64,000 nucleotides of DNA from the human T2T-CHM13v2.0 reference genome, Homo sapiens, in assembly GCF_009914755.1 (NCBI RefSeq), contig NC_060927.1. One strand, 5' to 3'. Positions 58,353-64,000 of the stretch are shown here, piece by piece; the stretch's first letter is position 1; each line of letters opens with the position of its first letter. The translations under genes were made by a program, and so were the position numbers. The notes beneath the pieces were generated by a model. That model was not told the origin of the DNA. It saw only the letters and a program-made list of their open reading frames with translations, and searched no databases.

Positions 58353-58725
58353 GTAAGTTTCCTAAACAGGATGGCATAAATGAGTGAAGATATTGATCCT
58401 TTAGACCCTAGCATGCCTGAGAGGACTTAAGGCAGACCGAACTCCTGGGCCAGTCACCCCAACTCTTGAGTAAACACGACTATTTATCCAGGTGTGCCAA
58501 ATAAATACTATCATCTTTTGTTAGTGAAGTGATATGCAGGGATTCGAAAGAATGTGATCTTTAGTGCTTCAAGCAATTAAATCTAGCCTATCTGTATCTA
58601 AGATATTTACTTTATAAAGTTATGGGTTCTTACTGTATTACTTGTACTGTATTACTCATATTACTTTGTAAGAAATTTCTTACTTACCAAACAGGTCTTT
58701 CATTTATCACATTATGCTGGCATAA

Positions 58726-59061
58726 TATTGACTAGAAGCCTTACTGATAACATGAACAGTCAATTAACACATATTTTACATATTATATGTATTATGTACT
58801 GTATACTTAACAATAAAGTAGGCTAAAGAAAAGAAAATGTTATTAAGAAAATCATAAGGAAGAGAATATGTATTTACTGTTTAGTAAGTGGAAGTAGATC
58901 ATCATAAAGGTCTTCATCCTCATCATCTTCACATTGAGTAGGCTGAGGAGGAGAAGGCACAGGAGGGGTTGGTATTGCTGTCTCAGGGTGGCAGAGTCAG
59001 AGAAAATCTGTGTACAAATGGGCCAGCGCAGCTGAAACCTATGTTGTTCGAGGGTCAACTA
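58726..59061 (-). mobile_element. Tigger2a (MER28) DNA transposon, lacking its distal ~100 bp
   Basis: TIR TGTTGTTCGAGGGTCAACT followed by TA; AAGTGGAAGTAGATCATCATAAAGGTCTTCATCC..TTGAGTAGGCTGAGGAGGAG. Confidence 0.9.
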
Positions 59062-59280
59062 TATTTTTATGTATGTGAAAAAAATTTTAAAATTCAAGGG
59101 GATGTATTGATATGAACTATTATTAGAAGTATTATATTTCATCTAAATAAAAATATTATGTTTTATGTTAGGAATTCCCACCCAACTGTCATATATTTTG
59201 AGGGTACTAAACCAGATTCATTAGGTGAATAAATATTATCCTTCAGGAGAAGATATAATTATGAGTAAGACACAGTGCAC

Positions 59281-59623
59281 TGTGTTAGCTAGAATCGGCA
59301 AGTCTATGCCATAATAACAAATAAATACTAATATCTCAGTGGCTTACTGCAACTCAGTCAAGTTCAATGCAAGTCAAGATTCCCTCCTCCATTTTATTGT
59401 TATACCATCTGGAACATATGTCCTCCAAGATCATGACCGCAGGAGAAAAGAAAAATGGGGGAGACATATCTACTTCTTAACTACTTGACCCAGAAATGAT
59501 ATACATTAATTCTGCTCACATTTCATTAGCCAGGATTGATTACATCTTTCTATCCTACCTGTCAGAGTTCTAGAAAATGTAGGAGATCACATAAATATTT
59601 GGTGACCACTGATAGCCTCCACT
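59281..59623 (-). mobile_element. Old MaLR LTR (MLT1J-like)
   Basis: TATGCCATAATAACAAA..ATCTCAGTGGCTTA..GACCCAGAAATGATATACAT..TTCTGCTCACATTTCATTAGCCAG..ATATTTGGTGACCACT. Confidence 0.7.
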
Positions 59624-59931
59624 TTATTCACTCAGGAAAAAAATATGTATACATATGTGTGGTATAGATGTACATAAATAAACTTTTCTAGAAAAGTTAT
59701 TTTAAAATAAGATGTCATGCTTCTGTTTTTTCTTATATAGCTATTAAAAAGCATAACATTTATTTACCCAAAGGACCTCATTTAGTTCCCTCAAAATATA
59801 TGACAGTTGGGTGGGGATTCCTAACATAAAACATGATCTTTTTCATTCAGATGAAATATAATACTCTTAATAATAATTTGCATCAATATATCCCCTTGAA
59901 TTTTTAAGTTTTTTTCACATATATGAAAATA

Positions 59932-60377
59932 TAGTTGACCATTGAACAACATTGGTTTCAGTCATGCTGGCCCACTTATACACAGACTTTCTCTACCTCT
60001 GCCACCCTGAGACAGGCAAGACCAAGACCAGCCTTTCCTATTCCTTCTCCTCCTCAGCCTACTCAATGTGAAGATGATAAGGATGAAGATCTATATGATG
60101 ATCCACTTCCACTTACTAAACAGTAAATATATGTTCTCCTTCTTATGATTTTCCTAATAACATTTTCCTTTCTCTAGCTTACTTGATCGTTAAGTATACA
60201 GTATATAATACATGTAATATATAAAATATGTGTTAATTGACTATGTTATCAGTAAGGCTTCTAGTCAACATTTAGCTATTAATCATTAAGATTTTGGGGT
60301 GTCAAAAGTTATGTGCAGATTTTGGACTATGCATGGGGTAAGCCCTCCTAACCCCCACCTTGTCCAAAGTTCAACTC
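59932..60377 (+). mobile_element. Tigger2a (MER28), full length with TIRs and TA target sites
   Basis: TA|TAGTTGACCATTGAACAACA ... TTGTCCAAAGTTCAACTC|TA; internal CAGCCTACTCAATGTGAAGATGATAAGGATGAAGATC. Confidence 0.92.
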
Positions 60378-60390
60378 TAATAATACCCAC

Positions 60391-61195
<805 letters not shown>

Positions 61196-62191
61196 CTTTG
61201 TCACCAGCAGTGTCATTGTTGTATTGTTGCTTGGTCTCATTTGACTCTCTGCAAGCCATATTTAGCCTCACTAAAGGAAGTTACATTTAAAAGTTTAAGC
61301 CATTGGCCCAACAACACAGAGCTTAAAGTACAAGAATTATAAGTGCAGAGTTGCCAATCTAAATTATCCTAACACCAAATTCAGTAATCTCTGTATTTTT
61401 TAAGAGGAATAAGTAAAACAGTTCTATGTTTGGACCCCAAGTTTATCATTAATTTCTGAACAATCTTTTAGTTGCATAAGTTAGTGAGTTAACTAGGAGA
61501 TAATCTGAACCCTTTTGCTGTTCCAAGATTTTAGCAGCACCTAATTATTTTATAATCATATAACTTATGGCACAAAAATTGAAATAACTTTTTAAAAGAA
61601 GAAAAATAAACGTAATTTGGAAGTGGCACAATTCTTATGACATCCTTGCCTAAATTGATAACTGTAAAAGTCCCTCTCAATCCTCAAATTTGGTGATTCT
61701 GCATTAACCAAGTGTACCAGAAACTGTTCTCTTTACTTATTGAACTGTGTGTGTAACTCTCACACTTAATAGTAATGTAAGCTTTTACTTAAGCTCACAT
61801 AATAAAAGATATTTCTCACTTTTTAGTGGGACATACCATCCAGGACTCAGATGCTGACAACTCTCTTGCAACTTTCCAGGCTTATTGGTTTCACTCTTTA
61901 TCCTCTATATAACAAGTTAAACTTTGAAAATTATCTGAGTTTCACCCTTGCAGTATCGATCAGTGCTACTAGTCTAGCTCTTTCTAGTTTATTTTAACTA
62001 ATAGTCTAATATCATTTTATACATTTGGAAAAAAATTTAGCCCAATAAAAAGCTAATGTTTCCCCTTTTCTTATTTTCTTCTTTATTTAAGAATGGTCTG
62101 GTATGCCTTTAGAATCAGGATACTAGAACACAGAGAACAATGCCCTCCTCACCATCTCCCACCCTTAAGACTTAGAATTAGACAAGACATT

Positions 62192-62668
62192 TGTATAAAT
62201 CAGGTTCTCCAGAGAAACAGAGACAACAGGATATATATAGATATATAAGAGAAAATTTATTATGAGAATTGTTTTACATAGTTATGGAGACCAAAAAGTA
62301 CCACAGCATACTGTCTGCAAGCTGCAGAATCAGAAAAGCCAGTGGTAGAATTTATTTCAAGTCCAAAGGCCTAAGAACCAGGAGCTCCAATGTCCAAGGG
62401 CAGAAGAAGGATATCCAAGGTCAAGAAGACAGAAAAATAATTTGCCCTTACTTTGCCTTTTTGTGCTATCTGAGCCCTCCATGGATTGGCTAATGCCTGT
62501 CCACATTGGAGAGAACAGATCTTTACTCAGTGTACTGATTCAAATGCTAATATTTTCCTGAAACACCATCATAAACACACCCAGAAATAATATAATAATG
62601 TTTTACCATCTATCTGGGCATCCCATAGCCTAGTCGAATCAAGTTGGCACATAAAGTTAACAAACACA
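62192..62668 (-). mobile_element. MLT2 (ERVL, MLT2C/D-like) solo LTR with 5-bp TSD ACATT
   Basis: TGTAT..GGTTCTCCAGAGAAACAG..ACACACCCAGAAATAAT..CAAGTTGGCACATAAAGTTAACAAACACA; ACATT at 62187-62191 and 62669-62673. Confidence 0.92.
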
Positions 62669-62904
62669 ACATTAAAGGCAAGAACCAAATTAATTTTTAA
62701 TAATGTTCCATATGAATAATCGATCTTAACAGTTATTTCCTTAGTTCTTGGTAATTTTTCAGTTTAATCAGTTCAAACCATTGAATGTTCTATTTCTTCA
62801 TAGGTTTTCCTAATACATACAAAGATTTTGGAGAATATGGAGGGGCCAATTTGTATATTTGTTACTTCCCATCTATCCTATGATACAAATAAAAATGCAT
62901 ACAG

Positions 62905-63090
62905 CAATCTAGTCTACTAAACCCTTGTATCAGTGACTAAGATGAATATGTAGAAGGTAGGCATAATTTAAGCTGCAGATGATACCAAGGAGGAAAAGCT
63001 AGTTTTTATGATGAAATGGAGAATCAGATTTAGAATGATTTCAACAGGTTAAAACAGCATATAAACACCAACAGGAAGAAATGTGAGGGG
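62905..63090 (+). mobile_element. L3/CR1 RT-domain relic
   Basis: ATCAGTGACTAAGATGAA..GCAGATGATACCAAG (ADDTK) ..ATTTAGAATGATTTCAACAGGTTAAAA..ACCAACAGGAAGAAAT. Confidence 0.7.
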
Positions 63091-63094
63091 TGTC

Positions 63095-63330
63095 CATTTA
63101 TTTTTTTATTCATCTAGCAAATATTTACAGAGCATACCTATATATTGTGTTATGTAGAGGATGAATAGGGAAATACAAATAAGACATGCTTTCAACCTCA
63201 AAGAATGACAGTCGTGGACCTGCACCATACTTCCTTATTTTATACTTAAAGAATATTAGAACTAGAAAGCTTAAGTGATTTATCCAAAATATCACAGCAA
63301 GGCAGTGAGAGCCCAGAGCAAGCTAAAGTC
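63095..63330 (-). mobile_element. L2 3' end followed by MIR fragment
   Basis: TTCATCTAGCAAATATTTACAGAGCATACCTA..CCTCAAAGAA; CCTTATTTTATAC..TTAAGTGATTTATCCAAAATATCACAGC. Confidence 0.6.
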
Positions 63331-64000
63331 GAGGGAAATCCCCACTATTCCACATAGTAGTTAAGCAATAGTTGCATACGTAAGAAGATATGGTATAAAA
63401 GAAGTACTTTAAAGGGTAATAACTAACAAGAAATGGTCTCCTCCATCTAACTTGCTTTTCTTCTTTATATCTTTGAAATGAGGTATAATTTAGAGTAACT
63501 GTCTGCAACACAAGGGAAAGTGGCCAAGGCAATATTGGCACAAGATTGCTGGGACGGCATCCCTTGGAGAAAATTCCATGAAGACATCATGAACAGTAGG
63601 TATTCAGGTCTCCTCTTGCCCATTTTTTTTTTCTGGGATTGTTTATGGAACCCTTGACTGAGGAATTTAAATGCACGATTATGGACATGTAAGCCCATCC
63701 CTGATATAATCAGGGCCAGGATACAATAGCACTGTAATAACAGAGAGTCCCAGGTCATTGGAAGAAACCAGGAAGCAATGATGCCTGTGATGGTCTTTTC
63801 TCATTCTCCATGTTGAGGTACAAATAATGATCCTGTTATACTTTTGCAACTAGATATCTCCAGGGCTATTCAAATTAATGGCCCTTCCTATTCTGCCTTA
63901 AGTAAACGTGAATTCCTCTGGAAGTACTTACTCAGCCATTTCTAACTGTCCTCCAGTGTCAACCACAGTGACACTGTGGCTAGTCACACAACTCTTATCG

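Noticed and set aside
58852-60126. Two similar short ORFs (MTLEQHRF.. and MTIEQHWF..) on opposite strands
   Set aside because: Translations of the two non-autonomous Tigger2a copies, not paralogous genes
63323-63758. Possible processed pseudogene in unique sequence near the right edge
   Set aside because: No recognisable protein in any frame, and no polyA/TSD pair; a BLASTX search would settle it

Overview
AT-rich primate (almost certainly human) non-coding DNA that is mostly interspersed repeats. I recognise no protein-coding gene, RNA gene, CpG island or prokaryotic element, and the ORF track resolves into decayed L1/Alu/LTR/Tigger frames or chance ORFs. The main elements are a near full-length ancient L1 (L1MD-like, ~14.1-22.0 kb, +) carrying nested L1MA and three Alus, a 5.6 kb L1PA7-like element (29.3-34.8 kb, -), a twin-primed 5'-inverted L1PA7-like element (41.3-44.3 kb), several MaLR/ERVL solo LTRs, two inverted Tigger2a copies, MER5/MER58 hAT MITEs, and many L2, MIR and L3 relics. 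Subfamily names come from recalled consensus sequences, not from a RepeatMasker run. The most notable observations are: (i) the two L1PA7-like copies appear to share non-consensus substitutions and a 120-bp identical tract; (ii) a very young AluYa-lineage element lacks a clean TSD and sits head-to-head ~82 bp from an AluSp; (iii) the first ~77 nt of the old L1 recur as an inverted copy ~600 bp downstream; (iv) a chain of strong + strand splice-site pairs encloses stop-containing micro-exons (candidate lncRNA); and (v) a templated-insertion scar lies at 57.55 kb. I could not support a genuinely new biological system from sequence alone.
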